DNA of 56,182 bases from an uncultured Acidobacteriaceae bacterium (GTDB lineage: Bacteria; Acidobacteriota; Terriglobia; Terriglobales; Acidobacteriaceae), in contig CAXTWU010000001.1 of the NCBI GenBank assembly GCA_964248025.1, positions 1-56,182 of the forward strand, given 5' to 3'. Each line of letters opens with the position of its first letter. Within the stretch, counting starts at the first letter, position 1. The notes beneath the pieces were generated by a model. It made no database searches. It was not told the origin of the DNA and worked only from the letters and a program-made list of their open reading frames with translations. The translations under genes were made by a program, and so were the position numbers. Of the stretch, positions 9,470 to 18,618 are shown in pieces.

Positions 9470-10033
9470 CGACCGCCCTCCTCGCAAACATGCGACCAGA
9501 TCCTTTAAACACGGTACTTTGGTGCGCTCAAAGATGTCCGGCGTTCATTGACCCTACCCTACAACTTGGCTACACTCAGGTGGAACCAAGGGTCTTGAGC
9601 CTACGGCAGGAACCGTCTCTATCGCGGCCTAACGTTATAAGGTTGGCACGCAGGACCAAGAGGGGGAGAAGTTTCTGCCGAAATTGCCGATAAGAGAGTG
9701 GAGGGTCGAAAGCCCTGGGTTGAGCCGCCTGAGGCGGTGCGTGGAAAGGCGGAATCCTCTGCGATGCACTCCTGACTTGCCGCTTTTGCATGCCGTGGTT
9801 GGCACGACGAACAAGCGGTCCCCACGTTTCAAGCTCGCAAGCGTAAAATCTCCATCTCTTTGCATACATACCCGGCGAAAGGGACGCGGGCGATGGAAAT
9901 CACGCCTGGAAGCCGGTTCCAAATTTCCTTCTGAACTGTTCAACAAGACTCCTGCCGCCCCCTTCCTGCTCCGATGGACTCGCCAGGGGCTTGTGCATGC
10001 CCGCAACCTTTCCTCCCAAGGAGCTTGTTAAAG

Positions 10034-12289
10034 ATGGAAAGTCCCACCGTACAAACCGACCGGCAGAGTACAGTCAGTCCACTGCTCGCACCCGAGCAGG
10101 CGATCATCACACCCAGTGATATTCGCAAAATCCTGATCAAACGCAAATGGCTGATTCTGGCAGGTATTGTCGTGGGACTCGCGTTTGCCGCCGTGTACAT
10201 CCTGACAACCATTCCGCAGTATGAAGCGATTTCGCTGATCGACATCAACGAAGGGAAGCAAAGCAACATCGGCATCTCTGATCTGGTGCAGGAGGAGCAA
10301 GGGGGAGTGGAAGGCAGTTTAATCCGCACCGCAACCGAGATTGCAATTATGCAAAGCGATACAGTCTCGCTTGATGTGATTCAAACGCTTGATCTCTACC
10401 ACAAGGAGCCTTTCACCCAGATCTTTGTCAGAAGTCCATACACGGGAAAGCTCACACCGACTCAGCGGCTCAACATGCTTGCCTTGTTTAAAGGTTCCAC
10501 GAGGATCGCCACGAAACCAGGTACCGAACTGGTGGAGGTTGACTTCCGCAACCAAAACCCGGCACTTGCCGCTGCTGTGGCCAATGCGATCGTTGATCGC
10601 TATATGGACCGCAGTCTACGGGTTCGTTACGAGGGAACTACCCGGATCTCGGACTGGCTGGCAAAGCAGCTCGACAATCTGAAGAACCAGGTCACGCAAT
10701 CCCAGGATCAACTGGCCAACTACCAAAAGCAGAACGGGCTGATCGGTATCGACCCGAATGGCAATGGGGAAGACCTCACGATCGAGAATCTTCGCATCGC
10801 AAACCAGCAGTTATCGGAAGCGCAGGCCGACCGGGTCGTCAAGGAAGCCCGTTACCGGATGGCGATGACTGGCAACCCTGAGTTGCTGCTGTCCGTCGCC
10901 CCTTCCGCAACACTCTCGCAGCTCCAGCAGCAGGAAGCCGCCCTGACCGTACAGCAAGCGCAGCTTCAGTCGAAGTTCGGGCCGCAGTGGCCCCGTGTCA
11001 GGGAGGTGCAATCGTCCCTGGACCAGGTGCGTCGCGACATCGCGGCCGAGATCAAAAACATGCAGCGCCGCTTTGAGGTGGAATACAACACGGCGGTGAG
11101 TACGGAGAACCTGATGCGCGGGCGCCTGGATGCGGCCAAGCAGCAGACCTTCCAGCAGAATCGCAGCTCGGCGGAGTATCAGATCCTGCGTCACGGAGCC
11201 GATTCGGCGTCTGACCTTTACGACGCATTGCAGACCCGGCTGAAGGAAGCGGGCATCACAGCCGGCCTGAATGCTAACCAGATTGATATCGTTGATCGCG
11301 CCACTACGCCTGCTCGGCCGGTCTTTCCCGTCAAGCGAAATGACGCGGGGATCGGCCTTGGTGCAGGCTTGGTCCTGGGCCTGGTGCTGGCACTGTTTGC
11401 TGAAACCATCGATGACACCATCCGCACCTCCGATGATGCAGAATCTGTAACAGGTCTGCCGGCATTGGCAGTGATTCCACACTTCGAGCCGGCTCAGAAG
11501 AAGGTCGTATCAGCGCCCGGGACCGCAGCGGCCGAAGCGGAACGGGAGCGTATGTCACGGGTATCGCCTGATTTGATCTCCTATACGGAGCCTCAATCAT
11601 ACGTTTCCGAAGGTTTCCGAACACTTCGGTCGTCCATTCTGCTGTCAGCTGTAGACAGGGAACCAAAGCTGCTCCTGCTGACCAGCTCGTTTGCGACCGA
11701 AGGCAAAAGCACCTGTGCTGCCAACCTCGCTATCTCGTTTGCCCGGCGGTCCGCTCGCGTCCTGCTGGTGGATACGGATCTCCGCAAAGGCACGCTGCAC
11801 ATGAAGTTCCGCACCTCCAACCGGTTTGGTCTGTCCACGTTGCTGGTGCGTGAGGGAGAAGCCAATGCATATGAGACCCCACTGCCTGACCTACCGAATC
11901 TGACACTGGTCACGCGTGGTCCGGTGACCGTAAATCCTGGTGAAGCCCTGGCATCCCGGTCGATGGAAGAGCTGCTCCAGCGCTGGCGGGCAGAGTACGA
12001 CCACATCATTCTTGATACATCGCCGGTGCTTGCCGTCGCAGATACACTGAGTCTCGCTCCTCAGGTCGATGCCAGTTTCATCCTGGTGAGGTCAGGGGTC
12101 ACAAGAAAGAAGGCTCTTCTTCGGGTGCGAGAGCAGATGCGGAGGGTCAACGCTCGAGTGCAGGGAATTATTGTGAATGACGTGGATCTCCGGCTCGAAA
12201 ACTATTACACCTACTCCAAGCGCTACAACTACAGCTACAGCTCGAACTACGGCGCGGGTTACGGCGGAGGTATGGATGCCGAACAGTAA
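10034..12289 (+). CDS. wzc: polysaccharide co-polymerase / BY-kinase (Wzc/GumC family)
   Basis: Two TM helices flanking a coiled-coil periplasmic region, EGFRTLRS, Walker A EGKST, LVDTDLR, ILDTSP and a Tyr-rich C-terminal cluster. Confidence 0.9.
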   Translation: MESPTVQTDRQSTVSPLLAPEQAIITPSDIRKILIKRKWLILAGIVVGLAFAAVYILTTIPQYEAISLIDINEGKQSNIGISDLVQEEQGGVEGSLIRTATEIAIMQSDTVSLDVIQTLDLYHKEPFTQIFVRSPYTGKLTPTQRLNMLALFKGSTRIATKPGTELVEVDFRNQNPALAAAVANAIVDRYMDRSLRVRYEGTTRISDWLAKQLDNLKNQVTQSQDQLANYQKQNGLIGIDPNGNGEDLTIENLRIANQQLSEAQADRVVKEARYRMAMTGNPELLLSVAPSATLSQLQQQEAALTVQQAQLQSKFGPQWPRVREVQSSLDQVRRDIAAEIKNMQRRFEVEYNTAVSTENLMRGRLDAAKQQTFQQNRSSAEYQILRHGADSASDLYDALQTRLKEAGITAGLNANQIDIVDRATTPARPVFPVKRNDAGIGLGAGLVLGLVLALFAETIDDTIRTSDDAESVTGLPALAVIPHFEPAQKKVVSAPGTAAAEAERERMSRVSPDLISYTEPQSYVSEGFRTLRSSILLSAVDREPKLLLLTSSFATEGKSTCAANLAISFARRSARVLLVDTDLRKGTLHMKFRTSNRFGLSTLLVREGEANAYETPLPDLPNLTLVTRGPVTVNPGEALASRSMEELLQRWRAEYDHIILDTSPVLAVADTLSLAPQVDASFILVRSGVTRKKALLRVREQMRRVNARVQGIIVNDVDLRLENYYTYSKRYNYSYSSNYGAGYGGGMDAEQ

Positions 12290-13250
12290 GTCATTCCGCA
12301 AATGCCTTCTTAGCTCAGCCCTGGCAGTTCTGCTTCCGCTTGCTGGAGGTATGGCAGGTCGGGCGCAGGCCCCTGCGGCTGCTCTGCCGAGCCAAACCGG
12401 CCAGGCTCTGGCCGACCCCGTTGATGTGCCGCCCTCCATCCTGATTGGTCCCGGCGACATGCTCAATGTGATCGTCTTTGAAACGCCGGAGCTGAGCGCT
12501 TCGGTCCGCGTGAACCAGGACGGGGATGCCAATCTTCCCGTGCTCGGGCCGGTGCACTTGGCCGGACTGAACTCCCAAGAGGCCTCAACAGCGCTTGAGA
12601 ATGCGTTCCGCACACGTGGCTTGCTGCTTGACCCGCATGTCACCGTTTCAGAAACAGAGTTCGCCTCTCAGGGTGCGACCGTTCTCGGCGAGGTTCGCTC
12701 GCCCGGCGTCTACCCAACCCTTGGTTCGCGTCGGCTGCTCGATATGATCTCGCTAGCCGGAGGAGTGTCGAATACGGCTGGCAGGCTTGCTTCCGTCATC
12801 CACCGAGGAGATGCACAGCACCCGGTGCAGATTGCCCTGCAGCCGACGCCCGCGTCGCTGCACGCGCAGCAGAATCCGGTAGTGCTGCCGGGTGACACTG
12901 TAGTTGTAGCCAAGGCGGGGGTGATTTACATCATCGGCGACGTCCTTCGCCCGGGTGGCATCCTTGTGGACAACAATGAACGACTTTCCGTGATTGAGGC
13001 GTTGTCTTTAGCCGGTGGTATGAATAAAACAGCAGCTTTGTCGCAGACAAAGCTGGTTCGGAAGCTGCCCGCCGGCCGTGAAGAGATTGATCTCAATTTG
13101 AAACACATTCTTTACGGGAAGCAGGCTGATATTCTCGTTTCAGACGGAGACATACTCTTTGTCCCTTCCAGCGTGGGAAAGACCTTCCTCTACCGCGGTA
13201 TTGAGGCGGCTTTCGGACTGGCAACCAGCTATGCCCTCTTTGTTCACTAA
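12276..13250 (+). CDS. polysaccharide export protein (Wza/Poly_export plus SLBB domains)
   Basis: IGPGDMLNVIVF, V..DG...LP.LG, GEVRSPG and repeated ALSLAGG SLBB motifs; SD GGAGG at 12266; signal peptide. Confidence 0.88.
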   Translation: MPNSKSFRKCLLSSALAVLLPLAGGMAGRAQAPAAALPSQTGQALADPVDVPPSILIGPGDMLNVIVFETPELSASVRVNQDGDANLPVLGPVHLAGLNSQEASTALENAFRTRGLLLDPHVTVSETEFASQGATVLGEVRSPGVYPTLGSRRLLDMISLAGGVSNTAGRLASVIHRGDAQHPVQIALQPTPASLHAQQNPVVLPGDTVVVAKAGVIYIIGDVLRPGGILVDNNERLSVIEALSLAGGMNKTAALSQTKLVRKLPAGREEIDLNLKHILYGKQADILVSDGDILFVPSSVGKTFLYRGIEAAFGLATSYALFVH

Positions 13251-13268
13251 CGCAGGCGTGGAAAAACG

Positions 13269-14774
13269 ATGATCCAGTCTGCCACTCTTACGCAAACCGC
13301 ACCGCGAGCGCGGGTCCTGCTGCGGAGTCCCAGGTCGCGGCGCCTTGGTTCCCTTTTTGTTCCTTTACGCCGCTTGTATCTCTTCATTATGCCGGCGATC
13401 TTGTTTGCCGGGGCTCTCTTTTGCTGGGCGGTAGGCTCCGATTTTTCCGTGATCACAGGCGCACTACTGCTCTCAGCCGTGACTGCTTATCTCTTGTTCG
13501 ATCTGCTGGGCCGCAGGGCACCTTTGCGTGTTTCGACCGTACTTGCCAGTACACTCGGTATCGCATACGGCATCGGCACTGCAAATACCTGGTTTACTCT
13601 GCCGAGAGGGGGAGAAGATCTCGGCGATTTTTTTCATATCAATACGGTAAGTCTCGCTCATACCATGGGTTGCATTCAGGCAGCCGTCGCGCTTCTGCTT
13701 GTGCTGGGCGAACTCATGGAATCTCCCATCTTCGGGGAAGATTTCGAGCTCCGGTTCAACAATCGGTCGATCGTTTTCCTGACGTTTGGGACGATTGTTC
13801 TGGCGGCTTCGTTTGCACACGGATCCACGGGTTTCATGGGTGCGACTGCCGGTGAAGGGGCGGATATTGGCCACCTGGGCTATCTGGCAAGTCTCTCGGA
13901 GTGGCTTACCGGTTCTTTATTCGCTATGTCGTTTTGTGTTTCCCTGAATGTGAAAAGCAGATTTTCGCGGATCTACGCCCGAGTCTTAACAGTTGTGCTT
14001 GCCTTGTTGCTGTTTCCGCTCGGAAGAAGAACGATGCTGTTTTCGGTCGTTCTTGCCTTACTGGCCCTCCGCCTGGGGCGTTACAAGATCCCGCTCTCCC
14101 CTCTTAAAAAGATCGTGATCCTCGCGATGCTGGGAAGCGTCATCTACGTAGCCTCCATCGGCTTCTACTATCTCCGAGTTGCGGGATTCGGTCTTATCAA
14201 ACCTACTCTGGTGCAACGCATTCAGGCTGCTGTGGCGTTTGCCAAGGTGAAATCATTTTCAGAGATGAAGCAGTTAATGGCGGAAAATGTACAAAAGCGA
14301 ACATTTGTGCTCGGATTTCTGGCTCAACTTGAGGGTTATACGGAAATCTTGCCTGGAGCGCACGGCGAAGACCTCGCCAAGCAGTTTCAGCTAGCCATTC
14401 CTTCCCTTTTGTACTCAGGAAAAGACCTATTCTTTCAAGAGGAGCATCTTGCCAATGAGCTCTTCGGGTCAACCTACACGGACGAGGCCAACACCATCTT
14501 CACAGCGGGAACAGTTGATTTTGGAATTTGGGGGCTGCTGATATATCCCCTACTTGTGGCTGCCATGATTCGACTCTTCATAGAATTCGTGTCCGAAGCT
14601 CTGCCGGTGTTCGCATCCTGCTTCATCATTTTGGCCTCTTTTTCAACTATCTTAGAGCCAGAACTGGCCGCGGTTGCTTACTTTCTTATTTTGCGCAATG
14701 GCATCATCTTTGGATCAGTCGTCTGGTTCGTCATGTCCCTACCTGAGTTCCGCATCAAGAATGTAGGTTTGTAA
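13269..14774 (+). CDS. polytopic membrane protein, probable Wzy-like polysaccharide polymerase
   Basis: Many TM segments with a large C-proximal soluble loop, located after wzc-wza; function inferred from topology and context only. Confidence 0.5.
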   Translation: MIQSATLTQTAPRARVLLRSPRSRRLGSLFVPLRRLYLFIMPAILFAGALFCWAVGSDFSVITGALLLSAVTAYLLFDLLGRRAPLRVSTVLASTLGIAYGIGTANTWFTLPRGGEDLGDFFHINTVSLAHTMGCIQAAVALLLVLGELMESPIFGEDFELRFNNRSIVFLTFGTIVLAASFAHGSTGFMGATAGEGADIGHLGYLASLSEWLTGSLFAMSFCVSLNVKSRFSRIYARVLTVVLALLLFPLGRRTMLFSVVLALLALRLGRYKIPLSPLKKIVILAMLGSVIYVASIGFYYLRVAGFGLIKPTLVQRIQAAVAFAKVKSFSEMKQLMAENVQKRTFVLGFLAQLEGYTEILPGAHGEDLAKQFQLAIPSLLYSGKDLFFQEEHLANELFGSTYTDEANTIFTAGTVDFGIWGLLIYPLLVAAMIRLFIEFVSEALPVFASCFIILASFSTILEPELAAVAYFLILRNGIIFGSVVWFVMSLPEFRIKNVGL

Positions 14775-14776
14775 CG

Positions 14777-16033
14777 ATGAAAATACGTTGTCGATTTCGT
14801 TTTCCTCTTGCTTCAGCCGGGTCTTTGATTTGCGTCTGCTTTTCCCCTCTGATCGCTTGTGCACAGAACACTTCGCTCAGCCCAAGTCTTGCCACTCCCC
14901 TCGTTCAAAGTACAAGCACGTCCGGGTTCAACTCGGTGTTCGATTCCGAGTCGGCGAATTTCACGAACTCGGAACTGCACACCGACGTATCTGACCCGAC
15001 GCACTCCCAACTGCTGGGATCCGTGCTTACCCCTGCGAGCGTTCCTTCCGTCAATGGTGCGGTGGACAGCACTCCGCAGACCGGCACTCTGTCTGACGCT
15101 CAACTAGCCAGCCAGTACGGAGCAGGTGCAGTCTCCGGACGTCGCGATTCCGCGTTTGCGGTCGGCGCGACGTCAGTCGGTTTCGGCAGTTTGGTAAGCG
15201 CACAGTCTTTTCGCGGTGGCGGGTATGGTGCGGTGAGCGGGCAGATGGCGTCTGCCGGGACGCAAATGACCCGTGATGCGTTTACCGCTTCGGCGTCCTC
15301 AGTTTCGGGAAGAAGTCCCGCTTCGCCGATGAGCGATTCTCGTTCGTACGACCTTGATCCGCGTCTGGTGTCACGCTCACAGGTCGATGCACTCGGCACC
15401 TCGGTCACTGTCGGCCTGGCAAGTGATCCGGTACTAACCGGAACCCTTTCCGGCCTAGGAAGCGCGACTCAGATGCAGGGGGAACTCCCGAGTCCCTCGT
15501 CTCAAACAGCGCAATTCTTCGCTTCTTCCTCTCCACCCAACGCGCCATTTCAGTATGAAGATGGGCAAACACCGCCCCTTCAGGTTTATCAAACGCCGGG
15601 CGTCGTCCTTGGCGCGGCTCCTGCATACGGTACCGCGTCGAGTGGTTTCCCCGATTCCACGCGGGGCCTGGCCGGGTTGGCCCTTGAGAGTGACGCTCTT
15701 GTGTCACCGCTCGAGCGTGCGGATACCGGCGTTTCACCGCTCGCTTCATCGGTGGCCGGTAGCGCTTCGGGCCTCCGTCAGCGTTTAAATCCAAACCTGC
15801 ATGCTTCGCCGCCACCGGCACCACCTCAGAGCTTTGAGGCGTTTGAGCGCCAGGCGCAAGATCGGCGTCTGCTTGCTGGGCTGTCTATTTCGCAGTCGTC
15901 CATGATCTACCAGAAGGATCTACGCGACTACCAGCGACGGGGGCAGCGACACTCTTCCCGGTTTCCGTCCCAATCCAGCGAACTGCTCGACAATGGGCGG
16001 CAGCAGGAAATGATTCGGAAGATGGGTCGATAG
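14777..16033 (+). CDS. hypothetical Ser/Thr/Ala/Gly/Pro-rich exported protein (possible lipoprotein)
   Basis: Fills the gap between the wzy-like gene and ugd, starting 2 nt after the upstream stop; basic N-region, hydrophobic stretch and LIAC lipobox-like motif; low complexity. Confidence 0.7.
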   Translation: MKIRCRFRFPLASAGSLICVCFSPLIACAQNTSLSPSLATPLVQSTSTSGFNSVFDSESANFTNSELHTDVSDPTHSQLLGSVLTPASVPSVNGAVDSTPQTGTLSDAQLASQYGAGAVSGRRDSAFAVGATSVGFGSLVSAQSFRGGGYGAVSGQMASAGTQMTRDAFTASASSVSGRSPASPMSDSRSYDLDPRLVSRSQVDALGTSVTVGLASDPVLTGTLSGLGSATQMQGELPSPSSQTAQFFASSSPPNAPFQYEDGQTPPLQVYQTPGVVLGAAPAYGTASSGFPDSTRGLAGLALESDALVSPLERADTGVSPLASSVAGSASGLRQRLNPNLHASPPPAPPQSFEAFERQAQDRRLLAGLSISQSSMIYQKDLRDYQRRGQRHSSRFPSQSSELLDNGRQQEMIRKMGR

Positions 16034-16098
16034 TTGTGCAAGAATGGCTGCACTCTGCACCAGAACTCATGAACTTGCGTCGTGACACAGGAGGCTCT

Positions 16099-17514
16099 AT
16101 GAAAAGTTCCATCTGTATTTCCGTCGTCGGCTCCGGCTATGTAGGACTGGTCGCCGCAGCGTGCTTTGCCGAGATCGGTCACCGAGTCATCTGCGTCGAT
16201 AATGATGAAAGCAAGGTTGCCATGCTGCGCGATGGGGGCGTGCCGATCCACGAGGAATACCTGAAGGAACTGCTAGACCGGCATCGCGGCACCTCCATCA
16301 CCTTTACCGCCGATCTGCGCGAGGCGACGCGCGAAGCGGACGCCATTTTTATCGCGGTGGGCACCCCACAAAGCGGAACAGGCTCGGCTGATCTGTCCTA
16401 CGTCGATGCGGTCGCAAGCGAGATCGCCCGCTCGATCGACACCTACAAGGTGATTGTCGAAAAGAGCACTGTTCCTGTTTACACAAACGAGTGGATCCGC
16501 CGCGTCGTGGAGCGGAACGGCGTACCGCGGGAGCTTTTTGACGTTGCCTCCAACCCGGAGTTCCTCCGCGAAGGCACCGCCGTTGTGGACTTCCTCCATA
16601 CCGATCGCATTGTGGTCGGCACGGATTCGCCGCGGGCCGCGGCACTCATGTCCGCCATCTATGAGCCGCTGACAAGCGGTTCCTATTACAAGTGGGAAAA
16701 CAGCGTCCCGGGCGATTTGAATGAAAACAATCTGCCCCCCCTGCTCCATGTGTCCACCAAGGCCGCCGAGCTGATCAAGCATGCGTCAAATGCCTTTCTC
16801 GCAGTCAAGATTTCCTTTATCAATGTGGTCGCAAACATCTGCGAGGCCGTGGGTGCGGATGTGAAGCAGGTAGCGCAGGGCATGGGCATGGATGCCCGTA
16901 TCGGTCCGCGTTTCCTCCAGGCCGGCGTCGGCTACGGCGGATCCTGTTTCCCGAAGGACGTGGCGGCATTTCGCTATGTGGCCGAGCAGTTCGGCATTCC
17001 CTTCGGCCTGCTGAGTGAAGTGGAAAAGATCAATGTCGAGCAAAAGCGCCGTTTTTTTCAGAAGGTGCGTTCGGCGCTGTGGACCTTCCGCGGCAAGAAG
17101 CTGGGTGTTCTTGGGCTTGCATTCAAGGGCGGCACCGATGACATTCGCGATTCACCCGCGATCGAGATCGTGGAACTGTTGCTGCGCGAGGGCTGCTCCA
17201 TCGATGCGTTTGACCCCGCTGCGATGGAGCGTACCGCCGAGGTGCTGCCGTCGTCGGCCTCCATGCACTACGTCGAGGATGCTTATGCGGCGGCCCGCGG
17301 CAAGGACGCATTGCTGATCCTGACCGACTGGCAGGAGTTTGCCGAGCTGGACCTGGATCGCCTGCAGCAAAGCCTGCGTTACCCGATCGTGCTGGATGGA
17401 CGGAACCTGTTCGATCCGGAGCACATGGCCGCTCGCGGGTTTACCTACCACAGCGTCGGACGGCAGGATGCTTTGCCGAGCCGTGAGGCCGTTGTACAGG
17501 GCAAGTCGGTCTAG
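16099..17514 (+). CDS. ugd: UDP-glucose/GDP-mannose 6-dehydrogenase
   Basis: GSGYVGL, FIAVGTP, EKSTVP, SNPEFLREG and GYGGSCFPKD (catalytic Cys); SD AGGAGG. Confidence 0.93.
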   Translation: MKSSICISVVGSGYVGLVAAACFAEIGHRVICVDNDESKVAMLRDGGVPIHEEYLKELLDRHRGTSITFTADLREATREADAIFIAVGTPQSGTGSADLSYVDAVASEIARSIDTYKVIVEKSTVPVYTNEWIRRVVERNGVPRELFDVASNPEFLREGTAVVDFLHTDRIVVGTDSPRAAALMSAIYEPLTSGSYYKWENSVPGDLNENNLPPLLHVSTKAAELIKHASNAFLAVKISFINVVANICEAVGADVKQVAQGMGMDARIGPRFLQAGVGYGGSCFPKDVAAFRYVAEQFGIPFGLLSEVEKINVEQKRRFFQKVRSALWTFRGKKLGVLGLAFKGGTDDIRDSPAIEIVELLLREGCSIDAFDPAAMERTAEVLPSSASMHYVEDAYAAARGKDALLILTDWQEFAELDLDRLQQSLRYPIVLDGRNLFDPEHMAARGFTYHSVGRQDALPSREAVVQGKSV

Positions 17515-17619
17515 ATACCGGAAAGCGTCTGCGGCTTTGCGCAGCACAGACCCGCAGACGCGAGCTGGGCTTACCGATGCGCTGAAAAGCACAAGAGCCG
17601 TCGAGGGAGGAAGTTCGGT

Positions 17620-18609
17620 ATGAAGCTGAAGGATGAAAAGGTTGTAGTCTGCGGAGCCGGTGGATTCATCGGCGGCCACCTGGTCAAGGATTTGCTGGCG
17701 CAGGGAATCAATGTTGTCCGTGCTGTTGATGTGAAGCCACTGGACGAGTGGTACCAGACCTCCAAAGGGGTTGAAAATCTCTCCCTTGATCTGCGCGATC
17801 GCGGCAACTGCCAGACTGCCGCGGACGGAACGGAGGTCGTCTTTCAGCTTGCGGCCGATATGGGCGGCATGGGTTTTATCGAGAACAACAAAGCGCTCTG
17901 CATGCTCTCCGTTCTGACCAATACCCACATGCTCATGGCGGCGCGGGAAGCGGGCGTCGAGCGCTTCTTCTTCTCCTCCTCAGCCTGCGTTTACAACGGG
18001 GAAAAGCAAACAAATCCCGACGTCGTCGCGCTTAAGGAAGAGGATGCCTACCCGGCGCTGCCCGAGGATGGCTACGGCTGGGAAAAGCTGTTTTCCGAGC
18101 GGATGTGCCGTCACTTTGAAGAAGATTTCGGCCTGACCACACGCGTGGCACGCTACCACAATGTCTATGGACCACTCGGAACCTACGAGGGAGGCCGGGA
18201 AAAAGCGCCTGCTGCCATGTGCCGCAAGGTCATCGAGGCTAAGCAGAGCGGCAAGCATGAGATCGAGATCTGGGGTGACGGTCACCAGACTCGTTCCTTT
18301 ATGTACATCGACGACTGCACCCATGGCACGCAGGCTATCCTGGAGTCCGAGATAGACGAGCCCATCAACCTGGGTTCGAGCGAACTGGTGACGATCAACC
18401 AGCTTGTAGACATTGTCGAGGAAATCGCGGGCATCAAGCTGCAACGTCGCTACAATCTGGGCGCTCCCAAAGGCGTCAACGGCCGTAATTCCGACAACAC
18501 TCTGATCCAAAAGCATCTTGGCTGGGAGCCTTCTATCCGGTTGCGGGACGGCATGGCGAAAACTTACGCCTGGATTGAAAGCCAGATGTTGGCCCCGGTC
18601 AGCCGGTAA
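17620..18609 (+). CDS. NAD-dependent epimerase, GDP-mannose 3,5-epimerase-like
   Basis: GAGGFIG, LAADMGGMGFI, SSACVY, YGWEK, GGREKAPAA and GVNGRNSDNT, the signature blocks of the GME family. Confidence 0.8.
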   Translation: MKLKDEKVVVCGAGGFIGGHLVKDLLAQGINVVRAVDVKPLDEWYQTSKGVENLSLDLRDRGNCQTAADGTEVVFQLAADMGGMGFIENNKALCMLSVLTNTHMLMAAREAGVERFFFSSSACVYNGEKQTNPDVVALKEEDAYPALPEDGYGWEKLFSERMCRHFEEDFGLTTRVARYHNVYGPLGTYEGGREKAPAAMCRKVIEAKQSGKHEIEIWGDGHQTRSFMYIDDCTHGTQAILESEIDEPINLGSSELVTINQLVDIVEEIAGIKLQRRYNLGAPKGVNGRNSDNTLIQKHLGWEPSIRLRDGMAKTYAWIESQMLAPVSR

Positions 18610-18618
18610 CCGCCGTCC

